In this document: positions 19,467 to 29,116 of the stretch, piece by piece
Layout: the number at the start of each line of letters is the position of its first letter
How positions within the stretch are numbered: the first letter of the stretch is position 1
Assembly: GCA_944389425.1 (NCBI GenBank)
Contig: CALXMH010000003.1
Span: 25,722 to 89,721 of the forward strand
Reading direction: 5' to 3'
Source of the DNA: an uncultured Clostridia bacterium
GTDB taxonomy: Bacteria > Bacillota > Clostridia > TANB77 > CAG-508
Length of the DNA stretch: 64,000 nt
The notes under the pieces: model-generated
What the model was told of the DNA's origin: nothing
Databases searched by the model: none
Seen by the model: only the letters and a program-made list of their open reading frames with translations
Position numbers and translations under genes: made by a program

Positions 19467-20513
19467 ATGAAAAAAGTTCTAATAATTATTCTTGTATTAA
19501 TAATAATAGCAGCAGGTGCATGGCTTGCATTTAAAAATGCAAATAACAGTTTAAATGAAAATGCAAACAATGAAATAGCAAAGCAAGGAGAAAAAAATCC
19601 TACTATTGTAGAATTAGAAGTAGAACCACAAAAACAAATAAAAATTTATAAAGGAACAGATAGACCAATAGCAGTAATGATAGACAATAATGTAAAAGCA
19701 CAGCCACAAGCTGGATTAAATGATGCATATCTAGTATATGAAATAATTGTAGAAGGCGGAGAAACTAGATTAATGGCATGCTTTAAAGGTGTAGATTTAG
19801 ATAAAATTGGACCTGTAAGAAGTTCAAGACATTATTTTCTAGATTATGCAATAGAAAATAGTGCGATATATGTTCATTTTGGTTGGAGCCCACAGGCACA
19901 ATCAGACATTTCTACATATAAAGTTAATAATATAAATGGAATACAAGAAAGCAGTAAAGCTTTTTGGAGAACTAAGGATAAATCATCACCACATAATGTA
20001 GCAACAAGTACAGAAGAAATACTTAAAATTGCAGAAAAGAAAAAATATAATACAGAATCTAATGCTCCAAGTGTACTAAATTATGTAACAGATGAGGTAA
20101 ACTTAGAAGAAGGTACAGTTGCAAATACAGTTGTTATACCATACTCATCATCTAATAAAGTAACATATGAATATAATCCAGAAACAAAAATGTACACAAG
20201 ATATTCAAAAGGCAAAAAACAAACAGATTGGACAACAAAAGAAGATATTACAACCAAAAATATAATAATAACAAAAGCAAGAAATTACACATTAAAAGAC
20301 AGTGAAAATAAAGGAAGACAAGGACTAGAAAATATAGGAACATTAGATGGATATTATATAACAAATGGACAAGCAATTCCAATAACATGCACAAAAACAA
20401 GCAGAACTAGCCAAACAGAATACAAAGACTTAAATGGAAATGAAATAGAAGTAAACGATGGAAGAACATTTATACAAATTTGTCCACTAGATGCAGAGAT
20501 AACATTTGAATAA
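19467..20513 (+). CDS. DUF3048 (YerB-like) secreted/lipoprotein
   Basis: PIAVMIDNNVKAQPQAGLNDAYLVYEIIVEGGETRLMACF...RSSRHYFLDYA. Confidence 0.7.
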   Translation: MKKVLIIILVLIIIAAGAWLAFKNANNSLNENANNEIAKQGEKNPTIVELEVEPQKQIKIYKGTDRPIAVMIDNNVKAQPQAGLNDAYLVYEIIVEGGETRLMACFKGVDLDKIGPVRSSRHYFLDYAIENSAIYVHFGWSPQAQSDISTYKVNNINGIQESSKAFWRTKDKSSPHNVATSTEEILKIAEKKKYNTESNAPSVLNYVTDEVNLEEGTVANTVVIPYSSSNKVTYEYNPETKMYTRYSKGKKQTDWTTKEDITTKNIIITKARNYTLKDSENKGRQGLENIGTLDGYYITNGQAIPITCTKTSRTSQTEYKDLNGNEIEVNDGRTFIQICPLDAEITFE

Positions 20514-20595
20514 TTTTTATTGCGACAAGTTTTGGCAAAATCAGCACAAAAGATATGATAAAATATTGAATATAGCAAACAAATTGGAGGAGTAT

Positions 20596-21501
20596 ATGGA
20601 GACATTTAAATCTGGTTTTGTATCAATAATAGGTAAAACTAATGTAGGAAAATCAACAATGTTAAATACAATTATAGGAATGCCAGTTGCAATAACCACA
20701 TCAAAACCACAAACAACAAGAACTGCAATAAAGGGAATAGTAAATAGAAAAAATTCACAAATAATATTTATAGATACACCAGGAATACATAAAACTAAAA
20801 ATAAATTCGGAGAAGCAATGACAAATATAGCGTATGATGCACTAGGAGAAGTTGATGTAATTTTATTTTTAATTGAAGCTACCTATACACATATTGGAAC
20901 AGCTGATAAAATTATATTAGAAAAATTGAAAGAGAAAAATAAGAAAGTAATACTTGTAATAAACAAAATAGACTTAGTACCAAAAGAAAATTTATTAAAA
21001 CTAATAGAACTATATAAAAAAGAATATGACTTTAAAGCAATAGTACCTATATCTGCATTAAAAAATAAAGAAATAGAAAGCTTATTATTAGAAATAGAAG
21101 AACTTTTACCAGTAGGACCTGCATATTATAATATAGATGAATACACAGATCAAACCGAACGACAAATTGTAGAAGAAATAGTAAGAGAAAAATGTTTAAA
21201 ACTATTAAATGATGAAATACCACATGGAATTTATGTAAAAGTAGAAAAAATGAAACTAAGAAAAACAAAAAATGGTGAAGATATTTATGATGTAGATATA
21301 ATAATCTACTGTATGAAAAATTCTCATAAAGGAATTATAATAGGAAAAGACGGAAATATGCTAAAAAGAATAGCTTCATATTCAAGACAAAAAATAGAAA
21401 AAATGCTAGATATAAAAGTAAATATGAATATATGGGTTAAAGTACAAGAAGACTGGCAAAACAAAGAAAATATTATAAAAAGTATAAGTAATTTAAGTTA
21501 A
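20596..21501 (+). CDS. era: GTPase Era
   Basis: RBS ggagg. GFVSIIGKTNVGKST, DTPG, NKID and a C-terminal KH domain. Confidence 0.9.
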   Translation: METFKSGFVSIIGKTNVGKSTMLNTIIGMPVAITTSKPQTTRTAIKGIVNRKNSQIIFIDTPGIHKTKNKFGEAMTNIAYDALGEVDVILFLIEATYTHIGTADKIILEKLKEKNKKVILVINKIDLVPKENLLKLIELYKKEYDFKAIVPISALKNKEIESLLLEIEELLPVGPAYYNIDEYTDQTERQIVEEIVREKCLKLLNDEIPHGIYVKVEKMKLRKTKNGEDIYDVDIIIYCMKNSHKGIIIGKDGNMLKRIASYSRQKIEKMLDIKVNMNIWVKVQEDWQNKENIIKSISNLS

Positions 21502-21579
21502 AATTTTCTAGTATTTATTTTTAAAAAATACAAAAGATAAAATAAAGGTAAAATTGCTAAAATTAAGGAGATGATAGTT

Positions 21580-21735
21580 ATGTTAAAAGACCTTGCATGG
21601 AATACCTTTAAAAACACAGGGAATATAGATACATTTCTAGAACTTACCCAAATGAAGAAAATAGAAGATGATATTTTATTAGGTGAAAAATATGGGGACA
21701 ATCAAAACAAAGGGAATAATATTAGCGGAAAATAA
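21580..21735 (+). CDS. yqzL: YqzL-family small protein (51 aa, not in the ORF track)
   Basis: MLKDLAWNTFKNTGNIDTFLELTQ... resembles YqzL. The era-yqzL-recO order matches Bacillus. RBS aaggag is 9 nt upstream. It overlaps the recO start. Confidence 0.6.
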   Translation: MLKDLAWNTFKNTGNIDTFLELTQMKKIEDDILLGEKYGDNQNKGNNISGK

Positions 21736-22420
21736 TATGGACGACTTTGATAAAATGCTTACAATGTTAACTCCTGGAATGGGAAAAATATCATGTGCTG
21801 CAAAAGGAGCAAGAAGACCTAAAAGTTTGCTCCTTGGTGGTACACAATTTTTATGCTTTGGAGAGTATGTTTTATATAAAGGAGGAGACACATATAATAT
21901 AAATTCTTGTGAGCCAATAGAAGTGTTTTATAATATAAGAACAGATTTAGACAAGCTTAAATATGCAGTACATATTACAAAGATTATAAACGATTTAGCT
22001 TATGAAAATCAAAATTGTTATAGAATTTTACAATTATTTTTAAACACATTATATGTAATTTCAGAAAAAGATAAAAATTTAGATTTGGTACTTTCAATAT
22101 TTAAAATAAAACTTTTATCTATAATAGGCTATATGCCAAATGTACAATGCTGTGCAAATTGTGGAACAAAAGAAAATATAGATAGTTTTAGCTTTAAACA
22201 AAACGGATTTTTATGCAAAGACTGTAGCAAGCAAGATACAAGTTCTATTCATATTTCAGAAAATACTAAATGTGCGCTTCAATATATTGTTTGTAGTGAA
22301 TCTAAAAAAATTTACTCATTCAATATGCCAGAAGCAGATTTAAAAGAATTACAAATAGTTGCTAAAATTTATTTTAACGAAAAATTAGAAAAAGAATATA
22401 AATTGGAAGATTTATTTTAA
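21692..22420 (+). CDS. recO: DNA repair protein RecO
   Basis: TKGIILAENNMDDFDKMLTMLTPGMGKISCAAKGARRPKS. Zinc motif CANCG...CKDC. Confidence 0.85.
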   Translation: MGTIKTKGIILAENNMDDFDKMLTMLTPGMGKISCAAKGARRPKSLLLGGTQFLCFGEYVLYKGGDTYNINSCEPIEVFYNIRTDLDKLKYAVHITKIINDLAYENQNCYRILQLFLNTLYVISEKDKNLDLVLSIFKIKLLSIIGYMPNVQCCANCGTKENIDSFSFKQNGFLCKDCSKQDTSSIHISENTKCALQYIVCSESKKIYSFNMPEADLKELQIVAKIYFNEKLEKEYKLEDLF

Positions 22421-22465
22421 ATAGGAAGAAGATGTAAAAGTATGATGACATTTTAATGAAAATAC

Positions 22466-22494
22466 TTTACAATATTGAAAAATCATAATATAAT
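22466..22494 (+). promoter_or_regulatory. Sigma-A-type promoter for hpf
   Basis: TTTACA, 17-nt spacer, TATAAT. Confidence 0.5.
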
Positions 22495-22527
22495 AAGGGT
22501 GTAATACAAAGTGAAAGGAGAATTACT

Positions 22528-23061
22528 ATGGATATAAAAATAGTAGGAAAAGATTTAAAAGCAACAGAGGCAATAAAAGATTATGTAGCAAAAAAATTGG
22601 AGAGAATTGAAAAGTACTTTGATGAAGATATTGATGCATTAGTTACAATAAGAGTAGAAAAAAATGTACAAATAGCAGAAATGCAAGTAACTGTTAAAGG
22701 TGATACATATAGAGCTGTTACAGAACACGCTGATTTATATGCTTCAATAGACAAAGATATAGACATATTAGAAAGACAAATTAGAAAAGCAAAAACAAGA
22801 AAAGAAAGAGCAAATAAAGATGACTCAATTAAACAAAAAGCTATGGAAGGAATGGCTGTAAAACAAGAAAAAATTGAAGACGAAATTTTAAAAGTTTCAT
22901 ATTATGAAATAAAACCTATGACACCAGAGGATGCAAAATTAAGATTACAAGAAAGAAAAGACAGATTTATGCCATTTGTAAACATTGAAACAGGGAAAGT
23001 AAATGTTATTTTCAGACTGAAAGATGAGGTTAATTTTGGATTATTAGAGCCAGAGGCATAA
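22528..23061 (+). CDS. hpf: Ribosome hibernation promoting factor (long form)
   Basis: MDIKIVGKDLKATEAIKDYVAKKLERIEKYF plus the C-terminal dimerisation domain. Confidence 0.85.
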   Translation: MDIKIVGKDLKATEAIKDYVAKKLERIEKYFDEDIDALVTIRVEKNVQIAEMQVTVKGDTYRAVTEHADLYASIDKDIDILERQIRKAKTRKERANKDDSIKQKAMEGMAVKQEKIEDEILKVSYYEIKPMTPEDAKLRLQERKDRFMPFVNIETGKVNVIFRLKDEVNFGLLEPEA

Positions 23062-23253
23062 TTTTATAAAAAAAGAAAATAATAAGAAGGATGTACTAAT
23101 AAAGTATATCCTTTTTAATTTTTTTATAGAAAAATCACTGTAAAAAATTTCTAGTTTAAAAATTAACAAAGTGCACAATATATATATTAGAAAAGACATA
23201 GTAAAGTTTTTTCAATATATATAATAGCAATTATCCAGGAGGTGAATGTACAA

Positions 23254-23460
23254 ATGGCAAACAGAAATTCAAACAGAAAATTAGTTCCAGAAGCTATGGA
23301 TTCATTAGATAAATTTAAATATGAAGTAGCTAGCGAAGTAGGAGTTAACTTAAAAAATGGTTACAATGGAGATATATCTGCAAGAGATGCTGGTAAAATA
23401 GGTGGAAACATGGTAAGAAAAATGATTCAACAGGCTGAAAACCAAATGATTGGTAGATAG
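23254..23460 (+). CDS. Small acid-soluble spore protein, alpha/beta type
   Basis: NRKLVPEAMDSLDKFKYEVASEVGV...GGNMVRKMIQQAE. RBS aggagg. Confidence 0.9.
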   Translation: MANRNSNRKLVPEAMDSLDKFKYEVASEVGVNLKNGYNGDISARDAGKIGGNMVRKMIQQAENQMIGR

Positions 23461-23480
23461 TTAATTTTGCAGAAAATTAT

Positions 23481-23516
23481 AAAACGACACATCTTTTTTA
23501 AGATGTGTCGTTTTTT
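23481..23516 (+). terminator. Rho-independent terminator
   Basis: aaaacgacacatct...agatgtgtcgtttttt. Confidence 0.8.
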
Positions 23517-23586
23517 GACTAATAAAAATCTTGACAAGCATTATCTCAATGATATAATAATAAAAAAATATTAAAGGGAGAATTAC

Positions 23587-24465
23587 ATGTATAAAATAAT
23601 AGCCATAGATTTAGATGGAACACTTTTGAATTCAAAAGGAGATATATCTTCTGAAAATAGGAATGCTATTAAATTAGCAAAAGAAAAAGGACTAGAAATA
23701 GTACTATGCTCAGGAAGAATAACAAGTTCAGTTCAAACAATTAGCTTAGATATAGGTGCAGATAATTATCTTATATCTGGAAATGGAGCAGAACTTTATG
23801 ATATAAAAAATAAAAAAATATTATATGACAATTATATGAGCAAAGAAACAACATTAAAATTAATAGAATTCTGTGAAGAAAACAGTATATATTATAGCAT
23901 ATTTACTGAAAATTCAATTTTAACTAAAGCTTTAAATTATAATGTTTTAGTATATAACAGTGAAAATAGTACAAAAGAGATAAACAAAAGGACAAATATA
24001 AATATAACACAAAATATATATGAATATATTAAAAACAGTAAAACAGATAAATTTGCAAAAATTACAATATGTGATAATAACAAAACTATTTTTAATGGAA
24101 TTATAAATAAACTAAGAAACATAAAAAATATTGAAGTATTGGATGTTGCACATATGTCTAATAAAACTATAAAAACTGAAAAAGGAGAAATGAATGTGCA
24201 ATATTATTATACAGAAGTGACTTCTAAAAATGTTAATAAATGGAATGCTTTAATTAAATTAGCAGAAAAACTAAATGTAAATATAAAAGAAATTGCATGT
24301 ATAGGAGATAATATTAATGATAAAGAAATGATACAAAAATCTGGACTAGGAATTGTAATGGGCAATAGTGCTCCATATATAAAAGAAATTGGAGATATTA
24401 TAGTAGAAACAAACAATAACAATGGTGTAGCAGAAGCTATAGAAAAATATTGTTTGAATCAATAA
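23587..24465 (+). CDS. Cof-type HAD-IIB phosphatase
   Basis: IAIDLDGTLLNS and GDNINDKEM motifs. Confidence 0.8.
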   Translation: MYKIIAIDLDGTLLNSKGDISSENRNAIKLAKEKGLEIVLCSGRITSSVQTISLDIGADNYLISGNGAELYDIKNKKILYDNYMSKETTLKLIEFCEENSIYYSIFTENSILTKALNYNVLVYNSENSTKEINKRTNINITQNIYEYIKNSKTDKFAKITICDNNKTIFNGIINKLRNIKNIEVLDVAHMSNKTIKTEKGEMNVQYYYTEVTSKNVNKWNALIKLAEKLNVNIKEIACIGDNINDKEMIQKSGLGIVMGNSAPYIKEIGDIIVETNNNNGVAEAIEKYCLNQ

Positions 24466-24506
24466 AAACGCCAAAAGTAACTCTACAAGGTAACTTTGGC
24501 GTTTTT
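24466..24506 (+). terminator. Rho-independent terminator
   Basis: aaaacgccaaa...tttggcgttttt. Confidence 0.7.
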
Positions 24507-24570
24507 AAATTTTGCAAAAAAACATCAATGTTACTTTTATATTACATTTATATTACATTTGTAATATTTG

Positions 24571-24599
24571 TTGTTTATAGTCTAAAATTGTTGTATAAT
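24571..24599 (+). promoter_or_regulatory. Candidate sigma-A promoter of the Tad-like locus
   Basis: TTGTTT, 17-nt spacer, TATAAT. The -10 region is tandemly duplicated (24584-24604 and 24605-24622). Confidence 0.4.
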
Positions 24600-24648
24600 T
24601 AAATAAAATTGTATAATTAAATATGTAAATTCTAAGGAGGAATTTAAA

Positions 24649-25533
24649 ATGGCAGTTAATCCAATGCAAAGAAAAGCAAGACAATCTTTTTTATTAGGAA
24701 TGTTATTAATGCTAGTAATAGCAGCAATAGTAGTAGGTATATTATTCATGCAAATAATGAATATGAAAAATGAGCAAGAGCAAACAGCAGCAGCTTCAAA
24801 AACTGTATATGCAGTAAAAAGCAATATAAAATCTGGTCAACCAATTACATCAGCAGATTTAGTGGCACAAACAGTTGTAACTAATTTATCAACTTCTGAA
24901 ATAGCAACAGCAGCTAATTTAACAGAAAATACAGTAGCTAAAATAGACTTAGGACAAGGAACAATCTTAACACAGTCTATGATAGTTGAATCAGATGAAT
25001 CTGTTCAAGATTCGCTTAGAATTCAAGAACTTAACATGCTTTCATTACCAGCAGACTTAGAAACAAATGACTATGTAGATATAAGATTAGTTTTCCCAAA
25101 CGGACAAGACTATATAGTTATCTCTAAAAAAAGAGTAATTCAATCTACTGAAACTACAATATTTGTAAAACTTTCAGAAGAAGAAATATTAACAATGAGT
25201 AATGCGATAGTAGAATCATATATAACAGAAGGAAGCTTGCTATATGCCACAAAATACGTAGATCCAGGAATTCAAAATGCATCTGTACCTACATATACAG
25301 TAAGCAAAGAAGTATTAGATTTAATTGATACAAACTCAAATATAACAGTAGATGCAAAAAATGCATTATATGCTAGATATGTTGGAGAAAATAGAAATCA
25401 AATTAATAATGTTATAAGTCCTAATATGGAAGATTATACAGAAAAAGTACAAGAAAACTTTGATGCACAAATAAAAACAGCACAAGAGGAAAGAAACAGA
25501 TATATTGAAACATTAGGCGGAACAGACTTTTAA
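24649..25533 (+). CDS. CpaB/RcpC-like Flp-pilus assembly protein (TM + SAF domain)
   Basis: N-terminal TM, then VYAVKSNIKSGQPITSADL (SAF-like) and a beta-rich C-terminal domain. RBS aaggagg. Confidence 0.65.
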   Translation: MAVNPMQRKARQSFLLGMLLMLVIAAIVVGILFMQIMNMKNEQEQTAAASKTVYAVKSNIKSGQPITSADLVAQTVVTNLSTSEIATAANLTENTVAKIDLGQGTILTQSMIVESDESVQDSLRIQELNMLSLPADLETNDYVDIRLVFPNGQDYIVISKKRVIQSTETTIFVKLSEEEILTMSNAIVESYITEGSLLYATKYVDPGIQNASVPTYTVSKEVLDLIDTNSNITVDAKNALYARYVGENRNQINNVISPNMEDYTEKVQENFDAQIKTAQEERNRYIETLGGTDF

Positions 25534-25550
25534 TATATTAGGAGGAAAAT

Positions 25551-26249
25551 ATGAAGAAGATAGGACTCATAGGAGCATATGATAAAACAGATTTTATATT
25601 ATATATAGCTAAAATATTAAGCATACTAGGGAAAAGTGTTATAGTTATAGATACAACAATGACACAAAAGGCTAAATATGTTGTCCCAGTTATAAACCCA
25701 ACAAGAACATATCTTACTGAATATGAAACAATAGATGTAGCAGTTGGATTTAAAAAAATGCAAGAAATGAAAGACTATTTAGGACTACAAGAAGGCGAAG
25801 AATTACAATACGATTATGCTCTAGTAGATATAGATTCACCAGAAACTTTTGAAGATTTTAATATGGTTGAAGCAGCAGCAAACTTTTTTGTAACATCATT
25901 TGATTTATTCTCTTTAAAAAGAGGATTAGAAATACTAAGTGGTCTTAAAGAAAATATAAAAATGACTAAAGTTTTATTTTCTAAAAATATACTAAAAGAA
26001 GATGACGAATATTTGGATTTTTTGTCAATAAAATATAAAGTTGAATGGGAAAAGGAAAAAATATATTTTCCATTTGAACTTGGGGATCAAAGTATAATAA
26101 TTGAGAACCAAAGAGCATCAAAAATTAAACTTAAAAATTTAAGTGCACAATATAAAGAAGGACTTGTTTCAATGGTAACACATATATCACCAGAAACTAG
26201 TTATTCAGAAGCTAAAAAAGCATTAAGAGTTGCAGAAAAAGGAGTGTAA
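25551..26249 (+). CDS. ParA/MinD-fold protein with degenerate Walker A (TadZ/CpaE-like)
   Basis: MKKIGLIGAYDKTDFILYIAKILSILGKSVIVIDTT. It has the fold-typical layout but no GKT/S P-loop. Confidence 0.5.
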   Translation: MKKIGLIGAYDKTDFILYIAKILSILGKSVIVIDTTMTQKAKYVVPVINPTRTYLTEYETIDVAVGFKKMQEMKDYLGLQEGEELQYDYALVDIDSPETFEDFNMVEAAANFFVTSFDLFSLKRGLEILSGLKENIKMTKVLFSKNILKEDDEYLDFLSIKYKVEWEKEKIYFPFELGDQSIIIENQRASKIKLKNLSAQYKEGLVSMVTHISPETSYSEAKKALRVAEKGV

Positions 26250-26252
26250 AAA

Positions 26253-27095
26253 ATGGCTATTGTAACATTTTGGAGTAATGGAAAAGAAGAGACAGCAAAA
26301 ACATTATCAATAGTTGCCATAGCAACTAATATGGCAATAGAGCATAACTACAAAATTTTACTTCTATCAACAAATTATAATGATGACACATTAGAAAGCT
26401 GTTTTTGGGAAAAACAAAAACCAAAAAAGACACTAATGGATTTAACACCACCAGGTTCAATTGTTGAATTTGATAATGGAATTGAAGGCTTAGCAAAAGC
26501 AATAAAAAGTAATAAAGCAACACCAGAGCTTATAAGTAATTATACAAAAATTGTTTTTAAAGATAGATTAGATGTGCTTTTGTCTATTAAAAGTAGCTCT
26601 TATGATGAATACCAAAGACTAAGAGACATTTATCCAGAAATATTACAAGCAGCTAACCAATATTATGATTTAATTTTTGTTGATATAAATAAAGGATTAG
26701 ATAATGAATTTATAAGAAATATATTAATAAGTTCAGATTTAGTAATAACTAATCTAACACAAAGAACAAAAATAATTGATGACTTTATGAGAATAAAAGA
26801 AAAAGAAAAATTATTCTCTAAAAATAATAATATGCTATTAATAGGTAGATATGACAGATTTTCTAAATACACTGCTAAAAATATAGCAAGATATATGAAT
26901 ACAAAAGAAGAAATAAACGTAATACCATATTCAACACTTTTCTTTGAGGCTTGTAATGAAGGAAAAGTTGCAGATTTCTTTTTAAGGTTTAGAACAATAG
27001 ATGAATCTGATAGGAATGCATCTTTTATAAAAGAAGTAAGAAAAGTTACTGAAAATATAGACTATAAATTACAAGAATTACGAATGAAGATGTAA
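26253..27095 (+). CDS. Second ParA/MinD-fold protein with deviant Walker A (TadZ/CpaE-like)
   Basis: IVTFWSNGKEETAKTLSIVAIATNMAIEHNYKILLLSTN. Confidence 0.5.
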   Translation: MAIVTFWSNGKEETAKTLSIVAIATNMAIEHNYKILLLSTNYNDDTLESCFWEKQKPKKTLMDLTPPGSIVEFDNGIEGLAKAIKSNKATPELISNYTKIVFKDRLDVLLSIKSSSYDEYQRLRDIYPEILQAANQYYDLIFVDINKGLDNEFIRNILISSDLVITNLTQRTKIIDDFMRIKEKEKLFSKNNNMLLIGRYDRFSKYTAKNIARYMNTKEEINVIPYSTLFFEACNEGKVADFFLRFRTIDESDRNASFIKEVRKVTENIDYKLQELRMKM

Positions 27096-27120
27096 CAAGA
27101 AAGAAGGAGGAGCAATACCT

Positions 27121-29084
27121 ATGGATGCTACTAATATAGTACTAATGCTACTAGTTATAATACTAGCAATAGGCGCAGTTTTCTATTTTTTACGTAGTAA
27201 AAAAGAAAAAGAAAAACAAGATGACTCAGAAATAGATGTAGATGATAAAACATATACAATAGAAAAGATGATTGAATTTGTTAAAAAGAGACTAGATGAA
27301 ATAACAAAAATCAATTTATATGATATAGGGTTATCAGAAGAAGAATTAAAAAGAAGAAAAAGTAAAAAATATGAATTAAAGAAAGCTTTAAAAGGTTGTA
27401 CATATGGAGATATAAACGATAAGAAGTATGTAAAAGAATTAATTTATGACTTACTATCAAAAGAATACGGAGTAGACGAAACAAATATTTCAAGAGCGAT
27501 TCATTTTGATATACCATCTCTTTTAACACCACAGGACAAATTCGATATATTAATATATATGTATAAAAAAGAGTTTGGATATGAAGCATTAAGTGAACTA
27601 ATTAATAAATATGAGTTAGATGCATTAAAATATGTAGCAGGAGAAACAAAACCTTCATATGTAATAACAAGTGATGAAATATCAGATATATATGAAAAAG
27701 AAAAATTAGTTTTATCTTTTTCAGATAAATTAAATGTATTATGTCAAAGAATATATCAACACTACAAAGGATTTAGCAGCATAGATGAAATAAGAGATAT
27801 GAACATAGATGGTGTGTCTGGTGGTGTATCTGGTCTTCCAGAATCATTCTTAAGCCAAGTTGCACAAACAGATTCAGATTATTTAGACCAAATTACAGAG
27901 CACAAAGTACCACGTGCATGTGATAGTATTTGGATAATGTTTCATGGTAAATCAATACGTTTAGCATTTTTATCATTTGGAACAGAATCAGAATTAAAAA
28001 GAGTATGTCAAAATATTTATAAATACAATAACCCAGGACAATTATCAGACACAAATGGTTATAAAATTAATGAAATGAAAGATGGTTCTCGTGTTGTTGT
28101 TGTTAGACCAAGTATGTCAGAAACATGGGCATTTTTCGTAAGAAAATTCGACGTAAAACGTGCTACACTAGAACAAATAATTAGATTCCCAGGAAAAGAT
28201 CAAGCAATAGACTTATTAAAATACTTAGTAAAGGGAGCAAGAATTATATCACTTACTGGTGAGCAAGGTTGCCGGAAAAACAACAATGCTAATGGCTATG
28301 ATAGAAAACATATATGAAACAATGAACCTACGTATCACAGAAACTGCATTCGAGCTTCACTTAAGAAAGATATACCCAACAAGAAACATCTTATCAATGC
28401 GTGAAACAGAAACAGTATCTGGACAAGACTGTTTGGACGTTCAAAAGAAAACTGACGGTTCTGTTAATATAATCCGGAGAGGTTGCAACAGACCCCGTAG
28501 CATCATGGATGATTCAATCTGCGCAGGTTGCATCTAAATTTACATTATTTACACACCACGCTAAAACATTTCCAGACTTAGTTACAGCACTACGTAACTC
28601 AATGCTAAGAGCAGGTGTGTTCAAAGATGAAAAAACAGCAGAAGAACAAGTTGTACAAGTATTAAACTTTGATATTCACTTAGTAAAAGACTTCCGTGGA
28701 AGAAGATACATAGAAAGAGTAACAGAATGTATACCAGTAGAAGAAAAGAACGAATATACATTCAACCATAGAAAAGAAAAAACACTAGAAGGTAAGATAG
28801 ATAAGTTCATGGATAATGCAACTTACTACTTTACAAAATCAACAAATAGAGAATTATTTAAATACCAAAATATATTAGAATATCATGATGGAACATATGT
28901 ATTAACAAATAAAATATCTGATAGAAATATACAAGAAATGAGAAACAACATGGATGAATCAGATGTAGAAGCTTTTGATAAATTCCTAGAAGATAACTGG
29001 GGAATAAAACCAAAAAAATGGAATGATGAAGACCAAGAAGAAGCACCAAAGAAAAGAAGAGGAAGAGCTAAAAAAACAAATTAA
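27121..29084 (+). CDS. CpaF/TadA-like type II/IV secretion ATPase with N-terminal TM anchor; frame broken at CGG 28273-28275 and 28475-28477
   Basis: Three ORF pieces (27121-28317, 28259-28537, 28509-29084) join as ...LTGEQGC|GKTTMLMAM... (Walker A) and ...GSVNII|GEVATDPVASWMIQSAQVASKFTLFTHHAKT... (Walker B/His-box region). N-terminal MDATNIVLMLLVIILAIGAVFYFL. Confidence 0.75.
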
Positions 29085-29116
29085 CATCCAAAGGATAAGG
29101 AGGTAGCAAATCTCAA

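Noticed and set aside
23170-23215. A sigma-G-type promoter (GCACA...CATAGTA) upstream of the SASP gene.
   Set aside because: The -10-like CATAGTA fits, but the spacing to any GnATR -35 is about 19 nt and the -35 match is poor. The evidence is too weak to list as a feature.
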